A stretch of 64,000 nt of DNA, taken from assembly GCF_009914755.1 (NCBI RefSeq), contig NC_060932.1, one strand, 5' to 3'. This document shows positions 38,126-52,380 of this stretch, piece after piece. The stretch is from the human T2T-CHM13v2.0 reference genome, Homo sapiens. The stretch's first letter is position 1; each line of letters starts with the position of its first letter. The notes under the pieces are model-generated. The model was given only the letters and a program-made list of their open reading frames with translations. It ran no database searches and had not been told where the DNA came from. A program made the translations under genes and the position numbers.

Positions 38126-38879
38126 TGGGAAGCATGAGACCTCAGTGCAAGGGCAGCACAGGCTCTGCCTCTGGTTACACATCTCCTGGGCGTGTGTTGA
38201 CTGCTGAGTTGACCTTCTCATGTTCCCAACCCCAAGGTTCCTTATACGTGAATGCTTAGATTGCATGTCTCCAACAACAAGTTTGCAAAATATTTAAGAC
38301 TATTCCTTTTGCTTTAAAACTGTCACCGCGTTAATAAATACAGCATCTGAAAATGTTCTCGCTGGAAAATGTGACCTTCTGGAAAGCATTCAAAGCATTT
38401 TCAGTGTTTTGTGCTTGGATTTCTAAGGGGACCACAGATGGGTTAGATGTTCTTAAAATATCATTACATGTGATTTTGCATCTTGAGTGGAAGATCCTTA
38501 GATTACAATAACCCACTGTGACCATTTTAAGCATGTAAATGTAGCACAAAGTTGTCTGCATTTCTACTTAAAGTTTTCCTGAAAATGTGTAAGAGATTTG
38601 ACTATTCAGAACCAAATACAACAACTTAATATATGCTTATAATTGGAAGTGTGGAAATGAGGTCTGTAAAGTGGTGCGACTATTATGTGAAATTAATGGC
38701 ATAAACATATTTACTATTTGCATTTAGCACAAGAAATGTTATTGATACAGCTGCAGACATTTTTAGGACTTCATAGGAAACCAAAAATTCTAACCTTATT
38801 AATGACAATAATACATAAATCTTTCTTTTTCATGAAAAATTATTTGTTCAGAAAAAGGAGTCCTTTGGATCTCACTTTT

Positions 38880-39391
<512 letters not shown>

Positions 39392-39611
39392 TAATACTTT
39401 AAGTTTTAGGGTACATGTGCACAACATGCAGGTTAGTTACATATGTATACACATGTTGTATACATATGTATACAACCATGTTGGTGTGATGCACCCATTA
39501 ACTCATTTAACATTAGGTATATCTCCTAATGCTATCCCTCCCCCCTCCCCCACCCCACAACCGGCCCTGGTGTGTGATGTTCCCCTTCCTGTGTCCATGT
39601 GTTCTCATTGT

Positions 39612-43439
<3,828 letters not shown>

Positions 43440-43502
43440 TATGATGTTAGCTGGTTATTTTGCTCATTAGTTGATGCAGTTTCTTCCTAGCCTTGATGGT
43501 CT

Positions 43503-44513
43503 TTACAATTTGGCATGGTTTTGCAGTGGCTGGTACCGGTTGTTCCTTTCCATGTTTAGTGCTTCCTTCAGGAGCTCTTTCAGGGCAGGCCTGGTGGTGA
43601 CAAAATCTCTCAACATTTGCTTGTCTGTAAAGTATTTTATTTCTCGTTCACTTATGAAGCTTAGTTTGGCTGGATATGAAATTCTGGGTTGAAAATTCTT
43701 TTCTTTAAGAATGTTGAATATTGGCGCCACCCTCTTCTGGCTTGTAGAGTTGCTGCCAAGAGATCAGCTGTTAGTCTGATGGGCTTCCCTTTGTGGGTAA
43801 CCTGACCTTTCTCTCTGGCTGCCCTTAACATTTTTTCCTTCATTTGAACTTTGGTGAATCTGACAATTATGTGTCTTGGAGTTGCTCTTCTCAAGGAATA
43901 TCTTTGTGGCGTTCTCTGTATTTCCTGAATTTGAATGTTGGCCTGCCTTGCTAGATTGGGGAAGTTCTCCTGGATAATATCCTGCAGAGTGTTTTCCAGC
44001 TTGATTCCATTCTCCTTGTCACTTTCAGGTACACCAATCAGATGTAGATTTGGTCTTTTCACATAGTCCCATATTTCTTGGAGGCTTTGTTCATTTCTTT
44101 TTATTCTTTTCTCTAAACTTCTCTTCTCGCTTCATTTCATTCATTTGATCTTCCATCACTGATACCCTTCCTTCCAGTTGATTGAATCGGCTACTGAGGC
44201 TTGTGCGTTCATCACGTAGTTCTCGTGCCTTGGTTTTCAGCTCCATCAGGTCCTTTAAGGACTTCTCTGCATTGATTATTCTAGTTAGCCATTCATCTAA
44301 TCTTTTTTCAAGGTTTTGAACTTCTTTGCCATGGGTTCCAACTTCCTCCTTTAGCTCGGAGTAGTTGGATCGTCTGAAGCCTTCTCTCAACTTGTCAAAG
44401 TCATTCTCTGTCCAGCTTTGTTCCGTTGCTGGTGAGGAGCTACGTTCCTTTGGAGGAGGAGAGGCGCTCTGATTTTTAGAGTTTCTGGTTTTTCTGCTCT
44501 GTTTTTTCCCCTT
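43503..44513 (-). pseudogene. L1 ORF1 (RNA-binding chaperone), disrupted
   Basis: Start codon mutated (aagggg instead of atgggg at 44513). Fragments KRPNLHLIGVPE, TPRHIIVRF, FQPRISYPAKLSF and RYQPLQNHAKL lie in different frames. Confidence 0.95.
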
Positions 44514-45551
44514 CTTTGTGGTTTTATCTACCTTTGGTCTTTGATGATGGTGACGTACAGATGGGGTTTTGGTGTGGATGTCCTTTCTGTTTGTTAGTTT
44601 TCTTTCTAACAGTCAGGACCCTCAGCTGCAGGTCTGTTGGAGTTTGCTGGAGGTCCACTCCAGACCCTGTTTGCCTGGGTATCAGCAGCAGAGGCTGCAG
44701 AACAGCGGATATTGGTGAACAGCAAATGTTGCTGCCTGATCATTCCTCCGGAAGTTTTTTCTCAGTTTCAGAGGAGTACCTGTCCGTGTGATGTGTCAGT
44801 CTACCCCTACTGGGGGGTGCTTCCCAGTTAGGCTACTCGGGGGTCAGGCAACCCACTTGAGGAGGCAGTCTGTCCGTTCTTAGATCTCCAGCTGCATGCT
44901 GGGAGAACCACTACTCTCTTCAAAGCTGTCAGACAGGGACATTTAAGTCTGCAGAGGTTTCTGATGCCTTTTGTTTGGCTGTGCCCTGCCCGCAGAGGTG
45001 GAGTCTACAGAGGCAGGCAGGCCTCCTTGAGCTGCGGTGGGCTCCACCCAGTTTGAGCTTCCCGGCCGCTTTGTTTACCTACTCAAGTCTCAGCAATGGC
45101 GGGCACCCCTCCCCAAGCCTCGCTGCCGCCTTACAGTTTGATCTCAAACTGCTGTGCTAGCGGTGAGTAAGGCTCTGTGGGCGTAGGAGCCTCTGAGCCA
45201 GGCACGGGGTATAATCTCTTGGTGTGCCATTTGCTAAGACCATTGGAAAAGCGCAGTATTATGGTGGGAGTGACCCAATTTTCCAGGTGCCATCTGTCAC
45301 CCCTTTCCTTGGCTAGGAAAGGGAATTCCCTGACCCCTTGTGCTTCCTGGGTGAGGCGATGCCTCATCCTGCTTCGGAGCACGCTCGGTGCGCTGCACCC
45401 ACTGTCCCGCACCCACTGTCCAACACTCCCCAGTGAGATCAACCCGGTACCTCAGTTGGAAATGCAGAAATCACCCATCTTCTTCTTCGCTCACGCTGGG
45501 AGCTGTAGACTGGAGCTGTTCCTCTTCGGCCATCTTGGCTCCACCCCCTCC
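44514..45551. promoter_or_regulatory. L1 5'UTR carrying sense (minus-strand) and antisense (plus-strand) promoter regions
   Basis: Position and homology within a full-length L1PA; YY1 site caagatggcc. Activity not demonstrated and CpGs are partly decayed. Confidence 0.6.
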
Positions 45552-46500
45552 AGATCTCACTTTTAAGAATGTATGAAATGGCTAAAAGAAACCTTTAGCC
45601 TCTGTCTTGTATTTGGAGAAAACTAGCTCATTCTTCTAAAAAATATTTGAAATATTTTATATAAGGATTGATTTAATCAAATCAAATTTCCAGTGTACCT
45701 TGTTGCTGTCTAGGGTCCAGACCAAGATGAAAATGGGACTTGGCATCGTTGATACCTTAATATCAAACCATTTTTTCTATCTGCTTTCATTTTTTATGAC
45801 ATTTCCTGCTATCTCCTTTCTGAGATATGCCTCCTTGCAATTTTTGTAGGCCTTTGTCCAGCTTGGTCTTTCAGCTGGCATCGCCACAACCACTTATCAA
45901 CATGGAATGCCCAACACTCGGCATAAGACCTGAGGAATAACCAAACTGGTTCTGATCCAGGGTCCTTCCAGACACGCACTCCGCCTCCCAGACCGGATTC
46001 TGCACGGCCTTGGCTGTTCTCCTTGAAGTCAACCCAAAGTCTAGGGACCACTCCTTGGGGATGTTCTGAAAGAGACAGAGTTAAGTGGAACGGCAGCACG
46101 GCCCTTCACACAGAGGCTCTGGGAGCCCCTCACAGCCAAGCTGAACACTGGTTTATCCATCTCTATCTCCACACCCTTCCCATGGCCCACAGTTGGGGTT
46201 TGTGTCACAGGGTTGAGAGAGTTGCTGCAATTGAACCCTGAGTGGGGACCAAATTATTTCCACTTCTCAGGAAGCTTGGAGCCACCTCACGTCCATGTTT
46301 TCTGCCACACACTCAGGGGAGCTTCAACTAAGCAAGGTTCGGCATTTATCCCTGAGGGAAAACATTCCCATTTCTTTCCAGAGAAGCACCTGTTTATCCC
46401 TACCTCATCTTTCTCATCTTTAAGTCAGATTCTTGCACTTGCTTTTAAATCTGATACAAATTATAAACAGCCATGCCTTTTATTTCTATATATGCATATG

Positions 46501-46698
46501 CCGTGGAAAATCTAGATTGCTCAAGCCGCCTTCTGCCAACAGAAATAATGTTGCCTTTCAGCAGTGGTTTGCTTTTCTGAAACTTTTGGTCATCCCACCC
46601 TTTAGAAGGAACAACTTTAGAGAATAAGACTGGCCCATATGCAACTCCCAGAATTTTCTCAGGAATGTTTTAAAAATCTGTTGTTGTTCTGGATACTG
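46501..46698 (+). repeat. 198-bp dispersed direct repeat, copy 1
   Basis: ccgtggaaaatctagattgctc...ttctggatactg; 11 mismatches to 49128-49325 by manual count. Confidence 0.95.
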
Positions 46699-46779
46699 AG
46701 AGAGCTGGTAGTCCCCCTTTATCTGACAAGGATAGATTCCAAGATCCCCAGCAGATGTCTGAAACCACAGATGATACCG

Positions 46780-47120
46780 AGCCCAACTGCCATAAACCAG
46801 AACATGATTCTGTTCCTGTCCTCCCCTCCACCCCCAAAATTTAATGGCCTTTCCATCTGAACCAAGCACTTACTGTGCACCGTGGCTGGAACTTTTGCAC
46901 TCTGAGGTGTGACAGCAAAACTTGGATGCATTTCTTTTTCCTTCCTCACAAGCTCATGCATAGAAGATTCATTCTTACCATAGACATTAGGAACCTCAGT
47001 GCAGGATTTTCTCCTTAGTAAGTCAAGAACTTTCACCTGCTCACTTAAAGGAGTCACTTTTCAGCTTCTCTTTCATATTTCTGAATTACCAGCATCACCA
47101 CTCTGTCACTCTGGGGCCAT
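46780..47120 (-). pseudogene. Tigger7 transposase N-terminal (CENP-B/psq HTH) remnant
   Basis: PLSEQVKVLDLLRRKSCTEVPNVYGKNESSMHELVRKEKE..FAVTPQSAKV; the upstream ATG GCC CCA GAG is followed by TGA. Confidence 0.85.
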
Positions 47121-47212
47121 TATTAAGTAAAATGAGGGTTCCTTGAAAACAAGGCATGATATCATCAAGATATCATGACGATCCGATGACCAAGATAGCC
47201 AGTAAGTGTCTA

Positions 47213-48789
47213 GCAGGTAGTATAGACAGGGTGGATCTGCTGGCCAGGCAGGTAGTATAGACAGGGCGGATCTGCTGGACAGGCAGATAGCGTAGACAGG
47301 GTGGATCTGCTGGACAGGCAGGTAGTGTAGACAGGGTGGACCTGCTGGACAGGCAGGTAGTGTAGACAGGGTGGACCTGCTGGACAGGCAGGTAGTGTAG
47401 ACAGGGTGGATCTGCTGGACAGGCAGGTAGGGTAGACAGGGCGGATATGTTGGGCAGGCAGGTAGTGTAGACAGGGCGGACCTGCTGGGCAGGCAGGTAG
47501 TATAGACAGGGAGGATCTGCTGGACAGGCAGGTAGTGTAGACAGGGCAGATCTGCTGGACAGGCAGGTAGTGTAGACAGGGCGGATCTGTTGGACAGGCA
47601 GGTAGTGTAGACAGGGTGGATCTGCTGGGCAGGCAGGTAGTGTAGACAGGGCGGATCTACTGGGCAGGCAGGTAGTATAGACAGGGTGGATCTGCTCGAC
47701 AGGCAGGTAATAGTATAGACAGGGTGGATCTGCTGGACAGGCAGGTAGTGTAGATAGGGTGGACCTGCTGGACAAGCAGGTAGTGTAGACAGGGCGGATC
47801 TGCTGGGCAGGCAGGTAGTATAGACAGTGTGGATCTGCTGGCCAGGCAGGTAGTATAGATAGCGTGGATCTACTGGCCAGGCAAGTAGTGTAGACAGGGC
47901 GGATCTGCTGGGCAGGCAGGTAGTGTAGACAGGGAGGATCTGCTGGCCAGGAAGGTAGCGTAGATAGGGTGGATCTACTGGCCAGGCAGGTAGTGTAGAC
48001 AGGGCGGATCTGCTGGACAGGCAGGTAGTATAGACAGGATGGATCTGCTGGAGAGGCAGGTAGTGTAGACAGGGTGGATCTGCTGGCCAGGCAGGTAGTG
48101 TAGACAGGGTGGATCTGCCAGACAGGCAGGTAGTGTAGACAGGGTGGATCTGCTGGACAGGCAGGTAATATAGACAGGGTGGATCTACTGGACAGGCAGG
48201 TAGTGTAGACAGGGTGGATCTGCTGGACAGGCAGGTAGTTAGACAGGGTGGATCTGCTGGGCAGGCAGGTAGTGTAGACAGGGCGGATCTGCTGGACAGG
48301 CAGGTAGCATAGACAGGGTGGATCTGCTGGACAGGCAGGCAGTGTAGACAGGGCGGATCTACTGGAAAAGCAGGTAGTGTAGACAGGGTGGATCTGCTGG
48401 CCAGGGAGGTAGTATAGACAGGGTAGATCTGCTGGCCAGGCAGGTAGTGTAGACAGGGCGGATCTGCCAGACAGGCAGGTAGTGTAGACAGGGTGGATCT
48501 GCTGGCCAGGGAGGTAGTATAGACAGGGTAGATCTGCTGGCCAGGCAGGTAGTGTAGACAGGGCGGATCTGCCAGACAGGCAGGTAGTGTAGACAGGGCG
48601 GATCTGCCAGACAGGCAGGTAGTGTAGACAGGGCGGATCTGCCGGACAGGCAGGTAGTGTAGACAGGGCGCATCTGCCAGACAGGCAGGTAGTGTAGACA
48701 GGGCGGATCTGCTGGCCAGGCAGGTAGTGTAGACAGGGTGGATCTACTGGAAAAGCAGGTAGTATAGACAGGGTGGACCTGCTGGACAG
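47213..48789. repeat. Minisatellite/VNTR, 35-bp unit, ~45 copies
   Basis: gcaggtagtgtagacagggtggatctgctggacag repeated; a 105-bp block is duplicated near 48370-48580. Confidence 0.98.
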
Positions 48790-49127
48790 AGGGAGGTGTC
48801 ACACCCCAGGTGGGGCTGAGTGGGACGGTATGAGACTTCATCACGCTACTCAGAATGAAACACGATTTAAAACGTGTGAATTGTTTATTTCTGGAATTTT
48901 TCATTTAATGTTTTTGGACCATGACTAACTGAGAGTAACTGAAACCTCAGAAGGCAAAACAGTGGATAAGAGTGACTTGCCGACCTGAACAGTTTGCTCT
49001 TAGAAACTTTGTGTGGTTGGTTGCCTGATCTGTGACTTCCTTTAATTCACTTCTCTGAGTTCCTTAAAGGTAGGAATTATGTTTTATTCCTCTCACAGCC
49101 ATATTTCCTTAAAAACTAGTTGGTGAA

Positions 49128-49325
49128 CCGTGGAAAATCTAGATTGCTCAGGCCGCCTTCTGCCAACAGAAATAACGTTGCCTTTCAGCGGTGGTTTGCT
49201 TTTCTGAAATTTTTGGTCATCCCACCCTTTAGAAGGAACAACTTTAGGGAATAAGACTGGCCGGTATGCAACTCCCAGAATTTTCTCAGGAATGTTTCAA
49301 AAATCTATTGTTATTCTGGATGCTG
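49128..49325 (+). repeat. 198-bp dispersed direct repeat, copy 2, bracketed by tggtgaac
   Basis: Matches 46501-46698 at offset 2627; tggtgaac at 49121-49128 and 49324-49331. Confidence 0.95.
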
Positions 49326-49376
49326 GTGAACAGATGCGCGAACGGCTCAGGCTCTGCCACTGGCCTTCTCCATGAC

Positions 49377-49725
49377 TGTGTTTGTAGGGACAAAGCATGG
49401 TAGCAAACAACCTCAAAAAACCTCTGTGGCTTGAAAACACAAAGTTTAATTACTTGTCCATGCTTCTCTTCCACTGCACGCTGGGAGTAGCTCCTGTATC
49501 CTCAGGCCCAGGTGAAATAATTTTCCCATCCTGAGCACTGCCAGGCTCATGGCAGAGGGGAGGGTGCAGGAATGTTGTGCGGCTTTTAAAGTTTCTGCCA
49601 GTAAGGGGCAGAGTCACTTCCATTCCATTCCATCAGCTGGGCCTGACCACGGGACAAGTAGCAGAACCTTTCCATCCAGGAGAAACAGAGAATGTCTGGA
49701 AGAAGAATACAAACTGTCCCCAACT
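49377..49725 (-). mobile_element. Old MaLR LTR fragment (MLT1K/L-like)
   Basis: caaacaacctcaaaa..ctctgtggcttgaaaacacaaagttta; catggcagagggga; ggcttttaaagtttctgcc; gtcacttcc. Confidence 0.6.
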
Positions 49726-49846
49726 CCCAGAGTTAATTCTGTGAATTCATCAACAGGATGATACACTTGCCTCACTGGCTTTTTGTTCCAATAGACAGAA
49801 TCATAGAGTCTTGTTGTGCTGAGAGCCTTGTAGGTCACGCAGTCCA

Positions 49847-50147
49847 GGGATGCACAATTAGAAGACAATGACGAGGTGCAAAGCTGAGAGCAGAGGCGAA
49901 CGGAGTCCGGAGGGCGGGGGCTGCGGGCTGAGCACACACCCCACCGGGGAGCAGCCATCTCCGCTGCAGCCAACGTTGCCCTAGAGAGATGAATGCAGGC
50001 CCAATGTTGGCAGCTATTCCAATGTGAAAGAAAGTAAAAATCCAGACTTTTATGTAACAATATTCTAATATTTACAACATTAATCAGCTGGGGGAAAAAA
50101 GGGTCCATAGAACTTTTGCAGCCTGTGAGCCACCCATTTCTACCCAA
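49847..50147. mobile_element. MER102-like hAT DNA transposon
   Basis: gaatgcaggcccaatgttggcag...aaatccagacttttatgt...gcagcctgtgagccaccca. Confidence 0.6.
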
Positions 50148-50502
50148 ATTCAGCCCAAACCTCTAACTGCACAAGCTCACACAAATAGAGAAAGCCAGGA
50201 AAAGTATCCAGAACTCCACATGCACTTCACTACTCACAGGGGCCTCCAGCCCTGGTAAGCATGGGAACCACACATGTAAACACTGAGGTGCCCTGCCACG
50301 CCAGTGAAGTGCATGCTGCTCGTGTGTGACCCATTTTTAACCCCTAAAGGCATAAAACACGAATACTGTGAATTCAGTTAATAAGTTGAATTTACACCAG
50401 TCCTTCCTGATACAGCTGAACCAGGTCTTTCCTATTATTCACTCCTCAGTATATCACCCCTTCTGTTGAACAGAATTAAGTAAATATTTAAAATTTCTTA
50501 CC

Positions 50503-50660
50503 CAGGGGTCAGCAGATTATGATCCAGAGGCCAAGCCAGCCCGTCTGCTTTTGTGTATAAAGTTCTCATGGAACAGAGCTGTGAGCCTGCTGTGTGTGGT
50601 CTACGGCTGCCCCTGGACACAACTGCAGAGCTGATTCCCGCACAGACCTCGGGGCCCGCA
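50503..50660. mobile_element. MER58A-like hAT DNA transposon fragment
   Basis: caggggtcagca...ttttgtgtataaagttctcatggaacagagc...gtctacggctgc...caactgcagagctga. Confidence 0.7.
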
Positions 50661-50713
50661 GAGGGAGGCGCCTTCCCTCCATCATCCCCACTGAGCACCA
50701 GCCTCCGCAGCCG

Positions 50714-51575
50714 CTAAAACCTGCGGAACTCACTCCATGCCCCTTGTTGGCTTTCTTCACATAAAGTGGATAAAACTGGGTGTTTACAGCCTAAAGCAGC
50801 CCATGCCAAGGCACTCCTCAGGGACTGAGCCTTAGTCACAGTCCTTGTGACTACAGCACGTCCATAGATGAGAGCTGGCCGAGGGATCCGTGTGCCTCCA
50901 GCTTCTCGGAGCTGGAAAGAATCCATACTGGAAAAGTGTTCCTTCAGTGCTCCTCCTTCTGGGAAAAAAAGACGGGGAGCTACATCAACCTTAAGGGTTA
51001 ATGTTGCTTGAATGTAAGCATAATAAATATTCAGCATGTCTCCTAAGACCTGGAGTATCATCAGAGACCAAGCTTGGAAAACCACAAAGAATGACGCCCA
51101 GTTTCTAAGAGTCATTCCGTGCTTTACAATCAGCCCACAACCACCGAGTCCCAGGAAGCCCAGCCGAGACCGCGGCAGGTCCTGACGCGGCATCAGCCTG
51201 AGTCTGAGCCCAGAGGAAGCTTCTGCTGCCACAATTGCTGCGTGTGCTCATGGCTTGGGTGCAGGCCCAACCACAGCGGACCAAGGGCAGGCTGAGATTT
51301 GGCCTGGACTGGAGGGCTGTCTCAAGGAGGGTGACTTGAAAGAGAATAGAAAGGAAAAGGGAAGAATGCAAGTATCCAGGTGGTTCCCAGAGCCAGGAAG
51401 GAACCACGTACCACAGACAGAATTTCGCAGGTGCGACGGCCGTCCTCCAGCCACACCCGCCTCCGAGCTGTGCTGCCCGCTTCCTCCAGGGCCTCAAGGG
51501 TCCAGGATGCTGCTTCCTTAAAACGAGTGATTTTCCTCCAGAAATCCAGTTCTCTCTCTCCAGGGTTCCAGTCAT
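50714..51575 (-). other. Two overlapping non-repeat ORFs (156 and 172 codons) separated by a single frameshift; coding status unproven
   Basis: True ATG at 51575. Removing one base in the 128-bp overlap gives a 286-aa frame ending at the stop at 50714. No recognisable domain. Confidence 0.25.
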
Positions 51576-52274
51576 TCCTGGTGTTCAATTCCTTCAGGCT
51601 TGGGGAGGAAATTCCTTCAACGGCATCGCTTCTCGGACATGCAGTAAGTCAAACGGACATTTGGCTTGGCACACATTGAGCACTTAATAAAATCTACCGG
51701 ACAAGGAGGAACGCCTGGCTGACTCCAGATCGCAGTCACAGGGGCTGGTAAACAAAGCTCTGGAGGGTCAGCATCTGCAGCTGGAAAACAGGGACTCAGG
51801 CGTGGTGAGGCTCCATCCGCCCCTCAGCTTCACTGACAGTCTGACTCCCCCAGCCATCCTTGTCCCCGAGCCTTGCACACAGAGCATCCCTTGGAAGATC
51901 CAACCAGCTTCACTGACTTCCTTCCCTGTCCCAGCCCCACAGACACATAACTGAGAAGGGGACATGAAGACTGAGCTTCCAGCACCTGGGCACAGGAAGC
52001 GTGGACGCCGGCAGGAGAGGAAACTGCGGTGTCACTGCCCGCCGGCCGTGGGGGCTGCACCCAGCGCGGCTCACAGGGGTGTTCTTGGTATCGCTGGCCT
52101 CCACATTTCGTTCTCTCCATGCCAAGTGCACGCAGTGGGACCCATGAAGCTGCACACTTTCACTGCCATCATGTAAGCCGCTCCGACCAGAAGCATTTTT
52201 AATTTTTAGAACTATTTTCTAATCTTTTCATAAATTTGAGAGAAAGAAACATTTCAAGGAATTCTTGCTATTAG

Positions 52275-52380
52275 ATAATGGCTAGCATTTATGCAGCACT
52301 GAGCCTCACAAAACACTCCATTCACATTGTCTCACTTCACCATCCTAACGGCTCTGAAACAGCCATCGGCAGACTTCACT
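52275..52380 (-). mobile_element. MIR SINE fragment
   Basis: ataatggctagcatttatgcagcact...ttcacattgtctcacttcaccatcctaac. Confidence 0.5.

Larger units (their letters stand above)
46706..48982. mobile_element. MER44 (Tigger7 derivative, TcMar DNA transposon) inflated by an internal VNTR
   Basis: Decayed TIRs tggtagtccccctttatc / ggataagagtgacttgccg; internal ttcatcacgctactcagaa and gaattgtttatttctggaatttt. Confidence 0.9.

Noticed and set aside
46719-47057. Intact TIGD-like domesticated transposase
   Set aside because: Non-ATG start, stop right after the ancestral ATG, and no DDE domain; a MER44 remnant.
47173-48904. CRISPR-like array or repeat-protein ORFs
   Set aside because: Head-to-tail units without unique spacers, no cas genes, and a primate context. 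The same applies to the other VNTRs.
46501-49325. The 198-bp repeats as LTRs or a giant TSD of a composite element
   Set aside because: No TG..CA ends, PBS or PPT. Copy 2 lies ~145 bp beyond the MER44 end, and TcMar elements duplicate only TA.
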